DNA of 64,000 bases from Thermoplasmata archaeon (GCA_021162065.1 JAGGZK010000049.1:11952-75951); one strand, 5' to 3'. Shown: positions 30,623 to 40,371, counted from the stretch's first letter. Program-made: numbers and translations. The notes: generated by a model not told the origin, from the letters alone.

Positions 30623-31873
30623 ATGCTCGTGAACAGCACTGTAATCCAGAAGATAATGGGAGAAAAGGTGGGCAGGAAGGTGGAGGTGGGGGAGAAAATA
30701 CTTCTCCCTCTTGATCTGGTGGTTATGAGGGATTTTGGAGGACCGAATGTAATAAAAAAATATGTAGAGAAGTTTGGAGAGGAAAGGCCATTGGATGCCA
30801 GAAAAATTGCCTTCACCTTCGATTTGCATCTGCCGGCAAGGCAGATAAAGGAGGCGGAGAATCAAAAGGCATGCAGGGAATTTGCCAAAAAATACGGGAT
30901 AAAGGTTTTTGATGTCAACAATGGCATAGGGCAGCACACCCTGCTGGAAAATGGCATGATAAAGCCGGGAAGCGTCGTTATAGGAACGGACAGCCACATG
31001 AATCTGCTTGGGGCAGCCAATTCCTTTTCCACAGGCGTTGGTACAACAGACATAGTGGCGGGTATGAGATTCGGAAAAACATGGTTTAAAGTTCCGGAGA
31101 CAATAAAGATAAATGTGGAGGGCGGGCTGAGTAAAGGCGTGTATGCCAAGGATTTGATTCTTCATATTGTGAAGACGCTGGGCTCAGATGGCGCCGCCTA
31201 TAAGGCGGTGGAGTTCTATGGCGATATCATAGAAAAAATGAATCTGGCAGCGAGGATAACCATGGCCTCCATGGTAACGGAGATGGATGGGAAAATCTCA
31301 TTTTTCCCGATGAACGACGCAGCCAAGGAGGAACTCAGGAAGTACGTAAGCTTTGACAAAGTCTACAACGCCGATGGGGATGCGGAGTATGCGGAGGAGT
31401 ACACCATAGAAACGCCATCTTCCCCCCAGATTGCGTGTCCCCATTCCCCCGATAACGTAAAAAGCATTGAAGAAGTGGAGGGCGTGGAAATAAATCAGGC
31501 CTTCATTGGCTCCTGCACCAATGGACGTCTGGAAGATTTGAGGGAAGCGGCAAAGATATTGAAGGGCAGGAAAATCAAGGAGGGCTTCCGTTTAATAATA
31601 ACGCCTGCCACCATAAATGTGGCGAGGGAGGCGGAGGAGAGAGGTTACATAAAAATCTTCCTGGAGGCAGGGGCAATAGTGACCAATCCCTCCTGCGCTT
31701 TATGCACCATAGGGCATCCGGGCGTGCTTGCCACAGGCGATGCAACGCTTTCCACATCCAATCGCAACTTTCCGGGCAAGATAGGGAAGGGCAGCATATA
31801 TCTCTGCTCTCCTGCCGTTGCCGCCTACTCGGCGATAAAAGGAAAAATAGCAGATCCGAGGGAGGTATTATGA
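30623..31873 (+). CDS. LeuC/HacA-type [4Fe-4S] hydro-lyase large subunit 1 (divergent)
   Basis: GTDSH, GSCTNGR, CALC, SNRNFPG. Confidence 0.9.
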   Translation: MLVNSTVIQKIMGEKVGRKVEVGEKILLPLDLVVMRDFGGPNVIKKYVEKFGEERPLDARKIAFTFDLHLPARQIKEAENQKACREFAKKYGIKVFDVNNGIGQHTLLENGMIKPGSVVIGTDSHMNLLGAANSFSTGVGTTDIVAGMRFGKTWFKVPETIKINVEGGLSKGVYAKDLILHIVKTLGSDGAAYKAVEFYGDIIEKMNLAARITMASMVTEMDGKISFFPMNDAAKEELRKYVSFDKVYNADGDAEYAEEYTIETPSSPQIACPHSPDNVKSIEEVEGVEINQAFIGSCTNGRLEDLREAAKILKGRKIKEGFRLIITPATINVAREAEERGYIKIFLEAGAIVTNPSCALCTIGHPGVLATGDATLSTSNRNFPGKIGKGSIYLCSPAVAAYSAIKGKIADPREVL

Positions 31874-32361
31874 GAGGGAAAGTATGGAAATTTGGAGATG
31901 ATATAGATACCGACCAAATCTACCCGGGAGCATATCTTACGGTTACTGACGAGGATGAGATGGCGAAATATGCCATGACGGGGGTGGAGGGAAGAGAAAA
32001 CTTTGCGGATGTTGTGAGCAAAGGCGATATAATCGTTGCCGGCAAAAATTTTGGATGCGGTTCTTCCAGAGAGCATGCCCCCATGGCCATAAAGAAACTG
32101 GGTATAGCATGCGTCATAGCCAAATCCTTTGCAAGAATTTTTTACAGAAACGCCATAAACATAGGGTTGCCAGTCATAGAATTAAAGGAGACGGATGAGA
32201 TAAATGAAGGGGATGAACTGGAAGTGGATGTGCATGAGGGCGTGATAAAAAATCTTACCACGGGAAAGGTTTACAAAGCAATGCCCATGGGAGAGCTGGA
32301 AAGGAAAATAATGGAAGCGGGAGGGCTTATAGAGTATTTGAGGGGAGAAAATGAAGGATGA
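31870..32361 (+). CDS. LeuD/HacB-type small subunit 1
   Basis: DIDTDQI.P, NFGCGSSREHA, SFARIFYRN; GGAGGT RBS before ATG 31870. Confidence 0.9.
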   Translation: MRGKVWKFGDDIDTDQIYPGAYLTVTDEDEMAKYAMTGVEGRENFADVVSKGDIIVAGKNFGCGSSREHAPMAIKKLGIACVIAKSFARIFYRNAINIGLPVIELKETDEINEGDELEVDVHEGVIKNLTTGKVYKAMPMGELERKIMEAGGLIEYLRGENEG

Positions 32362-32866
32362 ATATATAAGGCAACTGTTTCCAGAGGTGGAGGAGATAGA
32401 GAGCAAAGAATTAAGGAATAAAGTTGTTAAAATATGGGCTAAGGCCATGGAGATGGGAGGTTGGAATAAAATAGATGACATACCCTTCACCCTGCTCATA
32501 ACCACGGATAAATCACTTGTAAGCCATACACGAATGATTGTTAAAATGGCCATGGCGGTGGCGGATGAGAGAAAAGATTTGGACAGGGATGCGGTGATAG
32601 CAGGGGCATTGCTTCATGATGTGGGCAAGCTGCTGGAGTATGAGAGAAAGGATGGGAAAGTTGTGAAAAGCGGGATGGGAAAAAGAATAAGGCATCCCGT
32701 TTCCGGCGCCGCCCTCGCCATGGAGGAGGGATTGGACAGCATAGCCCACATAATAGCAGCACATTCCAAGGAGGGGGAGTTTGTGGAGCGCAGCAAAGAG
32801 GCGATACTGATTCATCATTGCGATTTCATAGATTTTGAGATTGAAAAGGCAAAGGTGAAGAAGTGA
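32351..32866 (+). CDS. HD-domain (HDIG) metal-dependent phosphohydrolase
   Basis: H..LLHDVGK..RH..AHS..D pattern. Confidence 0.85.
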   Translation: MKDEYIRQLFPEVEEIESKELRNKVVKIWAKAMEMGGWNKIDDIPFTLLITTDKSLVSHTRMIVKMAMAVADERKDLDRDAVIAGALLHDVGKLLEYERKDGKVVKSGMGKRIRHPVSGAALAMEEGLDSIAHIIAAHSKEGEFVERSKEAILIHHCDFIDFEIEKAKVKK

Positions 32867-34272
32867 AGGGGAGGGAGGCAAAAATAACGGAGTTAAAAAA
32901 TGCACTGAAGAAGTGCGGGATTAAGGACGGCTGCACCATCTCCTTCCATCATCAGCTCCGCAATGGAGACAACGTCATCAATTTAACGCTTGAGGCGGTG
33001 AGGGAGTTAGGAATCAAAAACATACGGCTTGCCCAGACTGCCATATTTGATGTTCATAAGCCGGTGATAGAGTATATAGAGGATGGAACCATAGGAAGCA
33101 TAGAGGGAAGCATAAACGGCATTGTGGGCGATTATGTTTCAAAAAATCCCATGGAAAAGCCAGTCATCCTGAGAAGCCACGGAAGAAGATGGGGCGATGT
33201 GAGGAACGGCACACTTCATATAGACATCGCTGTCATAGCAGCCTCGGCGGCAGATGAAATGGGAAACTGCACGGGCATAATCGGAAAGAATCCCTTTGGC
33301 CCCATCGCATACTCTCAAATGGATGCCATGATGGCCGACAGGGTCATAGTGGTTACCGATACCCTTGAAGAATATCCCTGTCCCTATCAGGAAATAACGG
33401 AGAATTATGTTGATTATGTGGCTGTGGTGGATAACATAGGAGATCCATCGAGAATAGCATGGGGAACAACGAAAATAACCACGGATCCGGTAAAGCAGAA
33501 AATTGCCCACAACTGCGTCGATTTTATGGAAGCAGCGGGCATTGTAAGGGATGGTATGGGTTTTCAGTTCGGGGCAGGTGGAACATCGCTTGCAGTAACG
33601 AAATATCTTGGCGATTTACTGAGGGAGCGCAATATAAAGGCTTCCTTTGCCATAGGAGGAGTAACGAAGATACTGGTGGATATGTTTAAGGAAGGGCTTA
33701 TAAAGAAACTCTTCTACGGCCAGTGCTTTGATGACCATGCGGTAAAATTCTTTGCCGAACGCCCTTTGAATACGCCGGTCATGAACGTGGGCAACTATGC
33801 AGATCCGGAGGGCAAGAGCAGGGCAGTGGAGAGCTTAGATGTGGTGGTGCTCGGAGGGACGGAGGTGGACACAAACTTCAATGTGAATGTGAACACCCAC
33901 AGCGATGGCCGCCTCCTTCATGGCATAGGAGGACATCAGGACACGGCGGCGGGGGCAAAGGTGACGATGATAGCATTGCCCATATATAGAAAGACGAATC
34001 CCATTGTGAGGGAGAAGGTCACCACAATAACAACTCCTGGAGATGTGGTTGACGTTGTCGTCACGGATGTGGGAATAGCAATAAATCCCAGAAGAAAGGA
34101 TTTGATGGAAAAGGTAAGGGGAATGGATGTTTTCTCCATAGAGGAGCTGAAGGAAATGGCGTATGCCCATACAGGAGAGCCGTTGCCGCCATCCACTGGC
34201 AAGGAGGTTGTGGCGGAGGTCAAATGGATTGACGGGAATGTAATCGATAAAGTTTACAGAGTGGTGGAATAA
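32863..34272 (+). CDS. citF: Citrate lyase alpha subunit / citrate CoA-transferase family
   Basis: TISFHHQLRNGD, RSHG.R, FQ.GAGG.SLAV, EVDTNFNVNV, GGHQDTAAGA, TTPG.VVDV. Confidence 0.88.
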   Translation: MKGREAKITELKNALKKCGIKDGCTISFHHQLRNGDNVINLTLEAVRELGIKNIRLAQTAIFDVHKPVIEYIEDGTIGSIEGSINGIVGDYVSKNPMEKPVILRSHGRRWGDVRNGTLHIDIAVIAASAADEMGNCTGIIGKNPFGPIAYSQMDAMMADRVIVVTDTLEEYPCPYQEITENYVDYVAVVDNIGDPSRIAWGTTKITTDPVKQKIAHNCVDFMEAAGIVRDGMGFQFGAGGTSLAVTKYLGDLLRERNIKASFAIGGVTKILVDMFKEGLIKKLFYGQCFDDHAVKFFAERPLNTPVMNVGNYADPEGKSRAVESLDVVVLGGTEVDTNFNVNVNTHSDGRLLHGIGGHQDTAAGAKVTMIALPIYRKTNPIVREKVTTITTPGDVVDVVVTDVGIAINPRRKDLMEKVRGMDVFSIEELKEMAYAHTGEPLPPSTGKEVVAEVKWIDGNVIDKVYRVVE

Positions 34273-35322
34273 ATGGAATGGGAGACGTATATAACAAAAA
34301 TAGAGCCCAATGTCATAGCCATAAGAGGATATCCCATACAAAAGCTGATAAAGGAAAGGGATTTTTTCGACTCCCTTCATTTAATAATCACGGGCGAGTT
34401 TCCCGATGGGGAGAAAAAGAGAGGAATGGAGGAGATGTTTGGGAAAGCAATATCTCTGCCTGTAAATAAATTTGAAAGGTTTGAAAAGGAGGACATATCG
34501 AAGGTGCTGGCGAGATATCTATTAATGGATGAGCATCTCGTTTCTTTTGATGGGGAAAAGGAGGAAAGGGCTGCGTTCATGGCAGGAAGAATGGTAACTT
34601 ATCTTTCCTCCATCTATTCCGTGGAAATCAATGGCCAGGAATTTTCTCATATCCTTTCTGGAGTTCTTTCAGGAGATGGAAATGGAAAATATGCGAGAAT
34701 GATGGAGGCAATGGTTATCGCTTCCTTAGATCATGGAGTTACGCCCCCTTCTGTTCAATCAGCCGTAATTGCCGCCTCTGTCCGTGCATCCCATGAGGTA
34801 GCCATGGCAAATGGCATCTCTGCCATTACAGATGTGCATGGAGGGGCGGGGATGAAGGCAGCAGAATTCTTCAAAAAATGTGTGGAGATGGCGGAAAGGG
34901 AGCAAATGGACATAGAGGAGGCGGCGAGGAAGATGGTCATGGAATATGTGGAGCAGGGAAAGAGAATAAAGGGACTGGGGCATCGTATTCATTCCGCCGA
35001 CCCAAGAAAAGATGCATTGCTGGAGATTGCGAGGAAGGAAGGCATAGATGGCGATGCTGTCAGGGTGGCAGAGATGCTTGAAGATATATTTTATGAGGTG
35101 AAGGGGAAAAGGTTGCCGCTCAACGTTGATGGAGTCATAGGGGCGTTGGTGGCGGATATGAATCTTAAACCTGAGGTGGCGAAGATATTATTTATATATG
35201 GTAGGGTTGCGGGGCTTTCCGCCCATTATTTCGAGGAAGTGGAAAATTATCCGCCCATGAGGAGAATAGATTTCTCCAGGGCGGTTTATAAGGGAAAGGA
35301 GGTGAAAGATTGGGAACCTTAG
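34273..35322 (+). CDS. Citryl-CoA lyase / citrate-synthase-like protein
   Basis: WET.IT.IEPN.I.IRGY, DHGVTPPS, HGGA, GLGHRIH..DPR, LNVDG, GR.AGL.AH. Confidence 0.8.
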   Translation: MEWETYITKIEPNVIAIRGYPIQKLIKERDFFDSLHLIITGEFPDGEKKRGMEEMFGKAISLPVNKFERFEKEDISKVLARYLLMDEHLVSFDGEKEERAAFMAGRMVTYLSSIYSVEINGQEFSHILSGVLSGDGNGKYARMMEAMVIASLDHGVTPPSVQSAVIAASVRASHEVAMANGISAITDVHGGAGMKAAEFFKKCVEMAEREQMDIEEAARKMVMEYVEQGKRIKGLGHRIHSADPRKDALLEIARKEGIDGDAVRVAEMLEDIFYEVKGKRLPLNVDGVIGALVADMNLKPEVAKILFIYGRVAGLSAHYFEEVENYPPMRRIDFSRAVYKGKEVKDWEP

Positions 35323-36563
35323 CGGAGAATATTCTTGCAGAAGCAAGCGGGAAGAGTGTATCACCAGGGGAGATTGTTTATGCGGGCGTTGATACGGCCA
35401 TGTCCCATGAGAATGCCGCCCTCGTGATAAGATGGTTCAGAGAAATAGGAAGAGAAAGGGTGTGGGATAACGAAAAGATTGTTATAATATTCGATCATCG
35501 TGTGCCCGCTGAATCAATAAAAACGGCTGAGGGGCAGAAGAAGATAAGGAACTTTGTCAAGGAGCAGGGGATAAAGCACTTCTACGACATAAACACGGGC
35601 ATATGCCATCAGGTGCTGGCAGAGAAGGGCTTTTCACGCCCTGGAATAGTGCTTGTTGGCACCGACAGCCATACCACAACAGCAGGGGCATTCGGGGCAT
35701 TCGCCACAGGCATAGGGGCAACGGAAATGGCGGGAGTATGGGCAACGGGCAGAATATGGTTCAAGGTGCCGGAGACAATAAAGATAAATGTGGAGGGTGA
35801 GTTGAGCAAGGGTGTGTATGCTAAAGATGTTATACTCCACATCATAGGCCATCTGAGAGCAGATGGTGCCAACTACATGGCGGTGGAGTTTGATGGAGAT
35901 ACAATCAAAAACATGAGCATTGCATCCAGAATGGTTCTCTCCAATCTTTCCATGGAAATGGGAGCGAAGGTGGCCTTTGTCTATCCCGATGAAAAAACAA
36001 AGAAATGGCTGGAGGAAAGGAAGGCAAAGCCATACAGATTCATTCTTCCTGATAAAGAGGCAAGATATGTGGATGAATACAACTTTGATGCCTCGGAGAT
36101 AACGCCAAAGGTGGCATGCCCCCATACCGTGGATAACGTAAAAAGCATTGAGGAGGTTGAAGGCACAGAGATAAATCAGGCCTTCATCGGCTCCTGCACC
36201 AATGGACGCCTGGAGGATCTAAGGGAGGCGGCGAAGATATTGAAGGGAAGAAAGGTTAAGGAGGGGGTGCGTTTGATAATCGGCCCCGCATCATGGGAGG
36301 TTTACAGGGATGCCATGAGGGAAGGTTTGTTAGACATATTCATAGAGGCGGGGGGCGTGATAATAAATCCGGGTTGTGGACCCTGCTTGGGCGCCCATCA
36401 GGGAATACTTGCCTCTGGTGAGGTGGCCATATCCACCACCAACAGAAACTTCCAGGGAAGGATGGGCTCCCCGGAATCATTTGTGTATCTCGCCTCTCCC
36501 GCTGCCGTGGCTGCTTCAGCCATAGAGGGAAAGATAGCAGACCCAAGAAAATATTTGAGGTGA
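35310..36563 (+). CDS. LeuC/HacA-type hydro-lyase large subunit 2 (canonical motifs)
   Basis: FDHRVP, GICHQ, DSHTT, GSCTNGR, PGCGPC, NRNF.GRMG; TTG start with GGAGGTGA RBS. Confidence 0.9.
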   Translation: MGTLAENILAEASGKSVSPGEIVYAGVDTAMSHENAALVIRWFREIGRERVWDNEKIVIIFDHRVPAESIKTAEGQKKIRNFVKEQGIKHFYDINTGICHQVLAEKGFSRPGIVLVGTDSHTTTAGAFGAFATGIGATEMAGVWATGRIWFKVPETIKINVEGELSKGVYAKDVILHIIGHLRADGANYMAVEFDGDTIKNMSIASRMVLSNLSMEMGAKVAFVYPDEKTKKWLEERKAKPYRFILPDKEARYVDEYNFDASEITPKVACPHTVDNVKSIEEVEGTEINQAFIGSCTNGRLEDLREAAKILKGRKVKEGVRLIIGPASWEVYRDAMREGLLDIFIEAGGVIINPGCGPCLGAHQGILASGEVAISTTNRNFQGRMGSPESFVYLASPAAVAASAIEGKIADPRKYLR

Positions 36564-36567
36564 TGAG

Positions 36568-37050
36568 ATGGGCAAGGTATGGAAATTTGGAGATGATGTA
36601 AATACAGATGTGATTTATCCGGGATATGCTCTCAAGGTCACCAATCCGGATGAGATGGCAAAGTATGCCTTTGCGGAGGTGTATCCCGAATTCTCAAAAG
36701 AGGTGAAGGAGGGCGATATAATCGTTGCTGGCAAGAATTTTGGATGCGGTTCCTCCAGAGAGCAGGCGGCGCTGTGTTTAAAGTATGTGGGCATCTCATG
36801 CGTCATAGCCAAATCCTTTGCAAGAATTTTTTACAGAAACGCCATAAACATAGGGCTTCCGGTCATAGAATTAAAGGAGACGGACGAGATAAATGAGGGG
36901 GATGAGCTGGAAGTGGATTTGAATGAGGGTATTCTGAGGAATGTAACGCAGGGAAAGGAATATAAGATAAAGCCGTATCCTGAAATAATCAGGAGAATAA
37001 TAGATGCCGGAGGCCTGATAAATTATCTGAAGGAGGGAAAAAATGTATAA
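36568..37050 (+). CDS. LeuD/HacB-type small subunit 2
   Basis: DVNTDVI.P, NFGCGSSREQA, SFARIFYRN. Confidence 0.9.
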   Translation: MGKVWKFGDDVNTDVIYPGYALKVTNPDEMAKYAFAEVYPEFSKEVKEGDIIVAGKNFGCGSSREQAALCLKYVGISCVIAKSFARIFYRNAINIGLPVIELKETDEINEGDELEVDLNEGILRNVTQGKEYKIKPYPEIIRRIIDAGGLINYLKEGKNV

Positions 37051-38149
37051 AATAGCCATACTGCCGGGAGATGGAGTGGGAAAGGAGGTTATAGAAGCGG
37101 CGATGATGGTGCTTGAAAAGGTTGAATTGGACGCGGAATACATATACGGAGACATAGGATGGGAGTTCTGGAGGAAGGAGGGAAATCCCCTGCCGGAGAG
37201 GACCATAGAACTGCTTAAGGAAACGGATTGCGCTTTAATGGGTGCCATAACATCCAAGCCAAAAAAAGAGGCGGAGAAGGAACTGGCACCGGAATTGCAG
37301 GGGAAGGGTCTGGAGTATTACAGCCCCATTGTGGCATTGCGCCAGCTCTTCAACCTCTACGCCAACATAAGGCCTGTGAAGGCGTATGAAGGCAATCCTC
37401 TGAATTTTAAAGAAAACATCAACCTTGTCATTTTCAGAGAAAACACGGAAGGGCTGTATACAGGCGTTGAATATCGCCCGGTTCCAGAGGAACTGGAGGA
37501 GGTGCTTGCGAAACATGAAAGATATAAGAAGTTCGTGGGAAAGGAGAAGGCCATATCCCTCCGCATAATATCAAGGGAAGGGGCGGAGAGGATAGTGAGA
37601 AAGGCCTTTGAGTATGCCAGGGAGAATAATCTTGGCAAGGTAACGGTGGCGGAGAAACCCAATGTGCTTAGGGAGACGAGCGGCCTTTTTGTGGAGGTGG
37701 CAAGAAAGATACATGAGGAATATGGAGAGATAGAGATGGATGAGGCGAACATAGATGCGATGGCCATGTGGCTGATAAAGAATCCGGAGAACTATGATGT
37801 CATCGTCACATCCAACCTATTTGGAGACATACTATCCGACCTGGCGAATCAGCTTGTGGGCGGCCTTGGCTTCGCCGCCGCCGGTAACGTGGGAGATGAC
37901 TATGCTTTATTTGAACCCGTGCATGGCTCCGCTCCAAAATATGCTGGCATGTATAAAGTAAATCCGATAGCGACGATAAGGGCTGCGGTGATGATGCTTC
38001 TTTATCTCGGCGAGAGAGAGAAGGCAGAGGCAATAGAGTATGCCATTGAGGAGGTTGTCAGAGAGGGTAAGGTAAGAACATATGACATGGGCGGCAATGC
38101 TTCCACTTTGGAAATGGCGGAGGCAATAGCAGGGAAGATAGAGGGCTAA
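37043..38149 (+). CDS. Isocitrate/isopropylmalate family beta-decarboxylating dehydrogenase
   Basis: LPGDGVG.EV, LRQ..NLYANIRP, FRENTEGLY, NLFGDILSD, EPVHGSAP. Confidence 0.92.
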   Translation: MYKIAILPGDGVGKEVIEAAMMVLEKVELDAEYIYGDIGWEFWRKEGNPLPERTIELLKETDCALMGAITSKPKKEAEKELAPELQGKGLEYYSPIVALRQLFNLYANIRPVKAYEGNPLNFKENINLVIFRENTEGLYTGVEYRPVPEELEEVLAKHERYKKFVGKEKAISLRIISREGAERIVRKAFEYARENNLGKVTVAEKPNVLRETSGLFVEVARKIHEEYGEIEMDEANIDAMAMWLIKNPENYDVIVTSNLFGDILSDLANQLVGGLGFAAAGNVGDDYALFEPVHGSAPKYAGMYKVNPIATIRAAVMMLLYLGEREKAEAIEYAIEEVVREGKVRTYDMGGNASTLEMAEAIAGKIEG

Positions 38150-38643
38150 AGCTCCACTATCTCCGCCTCCATTTTATTTAAATTTATTATGCCCACGGTT
38201 TTTTTCCCGGTTAGATAACCGCAGCATTCTCCGGGGTTGACAATGAGACAATCTTCCTTTCTTATATCCACCTCGTGGGTGTGGCCATATATCACCACAT
38301 CATATTTTAAAGATAAAGCATCCACTATCTCCGGCTTGTGGGTCATGGCGATGCTCTTGCCATTTATCACATCAATATAGGGGTCCCTGCGAAATTCACC
38401 TATCCCATGGAACTTTTCCCTCAGATATAATCTATCGCCATCATTATTCCCATAGATGAGGATCATCTTTCCTTTTAATCCTGAAAAAACATCGGCAGTG
38501 AAGGGGGATACGATATCTCCCGCATGAAGTATGAGAGAAGCATGATGCTCATTAAAAACATCCACTGCCTTTCTTATGGCATCCATATTGTCATGCGAGT
38601 CGGATATTACGCCAATTATATTGTCATTCGCCTCCTTACTCAT
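38146..38643 (-). CDS. Calcineurin-like metallophosphoesterase (YfcE/MJ0936 type)
   Basis: SDSH, HAGD, GNND, GHTH, NPG. Confidence 0.9.
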   Translation of the reverse strand: MSKEANDNIIGVISDSHDNMDAIRKAVDVFNEHHASLILHAGDIVSPFTADVFSGLKGKMILIYGNNDGDRLYLREKFHGIGEFRRDPYIDVINGKSIAMTHKPEIVDALSLKYDVVIYGHTHEVDIRKEDCLIVNPGECCGYLTGKKTVGIINLNKMEAEIVEL

Positions 38644-38717
38644 AAAAATTTCCTGCTGTATCATAATGATAAGCATTCTTTTTTATAAATTTTTTATACT
38701 CGAACGTCTATAACATT

Positions 38718-39425
38718 GTGTTTGGAAGATATGGCCTCAGCATGAACCTCCAGACAGAGGAGTTTGAAATAGAGGTGACAGGCAGGGGAAAGAGAAGATT
38801 ATACAGAAGAAGGGCAGGCGATGAGGAAGTGGAGAAGATAATATATGCGGATGATGGCAACATCGTCGTCTGCCCCGTGGAGCCGGTGAACATGCCCAAA
38901 ATAGGGGCGGCGGAGCATTTAATGGTAGAGTTGAAGAAGTCCGTTATCTTTGAACCAGATACAAAAAACACCTTTTATGTTAAATTTCCGATAGAGGTGG
39001 GCGTTTTTACCGTGGACAAGAAAGATGTGGAGAGAATAGATATATTCACAACTGTAAAGGCGAAATATGCCCTATATGGCCCGCCGGAGAGCGGAATAAT
39101 ATGCAGATGGTGGAGAAGCGATGTATATGCCGAGGAGCCGGAGGTGAACCCTCTCAAGGAGGGAGTGCTCAGAGTGGATGTGGAGAACAAGTACCACGAA
39201 TGGGTTGAACTCCAGAAGGTGGTTTTTAGAGCCTTTGATATGAAAATTTTCTACAACGAACATGCCTACATGCATGGCATGCTCACCCTTCTGAAGAAAA
39301 CCACAGGAGAAACGTCGTTTAATACAAGAAAGCCAAAGAATATGCATGGGGCCATAGACATATATGCCGCCAAGGGAATCAAAAAGTTTGATAAGAAGTA
39401 CTTCATGGAGTGGGGATTTAAATGA
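38718..39425 (+). CDS. DUF432-like protein
   Basis: PVEPVN.P, FPIEVGVF, KYALYGPP..G; upstream of mscS. Confidence 0.75.
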   Translation: MFGRYGLSMNLQTEEFEIEVTGRGKRRLYRRRAGDEEVEKIIYADDGNIVVCPVEPVNMPKIGAAEHLMVELKKSVIFEPDTKNTFYVKFPIEVGVFTVDKKDVERIDIFTTVKAKYALYGPPESGIICRWWRSDVYAEEPEVNPLKEGVLRVDVENKYHEWVELQKVVFRAFDMKIFYNEHAYMHGMLTLLKKTTGETSFNTRKPKNMHGAIDIYAAKGIKKFDKKYFMEWGFK

Positions 39426-40270
39426 ACATAGTAGCCACCATTCAGGAAACCCTGGACTATGAGATTGCGGGGATAAAGGTAATTGAGATGATAGAGTTCG
39501 CCGTCATATTCATAATTGCGGTGATAATCGCAAGGATAGCCAGAATGGCCGTGAGACGTCGTTTTAAGGAAAAACTCAGCCCCACAACGCTGAATAACAT
39601 GGAAAAGGTTGTGTATTACGGCATCATCCTCATAGGATTTTTCATAGCCCTGCCCAAGGGTGTTTCCCTGGGCGGCCTGCTGGTGGCGGGGGGCATTGCG
39701 GGCATAGTCATCGGTTTTGCCAGTCAGACGGTGGTCGCCAATCTGATAAGCGGACTGTTTCTCATGGTGGAGAGGCCCGTGGAGATAGGGGATAGCATAG
39801 CCGTGGGGGATGTAAGCGGGGTGGTGAAGGATATAAAGGTGCTCTCCACGACCATAAGGACATGGGACGGCATATATGTGCGCATTCCCAATGAAAAGGT
39901 TTTCAACTCCAATATTTACAACTATGTTGCCCATGGGGCCAGAAGGTTTGAGTACACCATAGGAATCCGTTATTCGGATGATGCCAGCAAGGCAATAGAC
40001 ATAATAAAGGGGATACTGGCGGAGCATCCCCTCGTGCTGAAATACCCTGAGCCGGATGTCTTTGTGAGCGAACTGGGAGAGAGCAGCGTCATCATAGCGG
40101 TGAAGATATGGGCTCCATCAAGCCACTGGTACTCGGTGAAGAAGGAACTTTTATGGAAGATAAAGACCATACTGGAAGAAAATGGAATAGAGATACCCTT
40201 CCCCCAGCGCGTCATATGGATGGCAGGGGGAGAAAAGAAGGAGGGGAGGGGGAAGGGAAAGCAACGTTAA
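39422..40270 (+). CDS. mscS: Small-conductance mechanosensitive channel
   Basis: IGFASQ..VANLISG, ERP..IGD, IPN, GIEIPFPQR. Confidence 0.92.
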   Translation: MNIVATIQETLDYEIAGIKVIEMIEFAVIFIIAVIIARIARMAVRRRFKEKLSPTTLNNMEKVVYYGIILIGFFIALPKGVSLGGLLVAGGIAGIVIGFASQTVVANLISGLFLMVERPVEIGDSIAVGDVSGVVKDIKVLSTTIRTWDGIYVRIPNEKVFNSNIYNYVAHGARRFEYTIGIRYSDDASKAIDIIKGILAEHPLVLKYPEPDVFVSELGESSVIIAVKIWAPSSHWYSVKKELLWKIKTILEENGIEIPFPQRVIWMAGGEKKEGRGKGKQR

Positions 40271-40371
40271 ACCGCATGTGCCCGCTTCAGGGCGCTTTAT
40301 TTACATGCGGTTCATCACCTTAATGATAGAACATGTGTGGAGTATATAAGCGGAGGAGGGGGTCTTAACTG

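Noticed and set aside
30539..31165. Long N-terminal extension of the 319-aa minus-strand ORF
   Set aside because: It is antisense to LeuC1; only the last ~110 aa (Rpp21) are credible
40261..40330. Fluoride riboswitch, SECIS or canonical C/D guide RNA
   Set aside because: AAACCGC is present but the GCUGAUG pseudoknot elements are not; no UGA-interrupted selenoprotein nearby; box spacing lacks C'/D'
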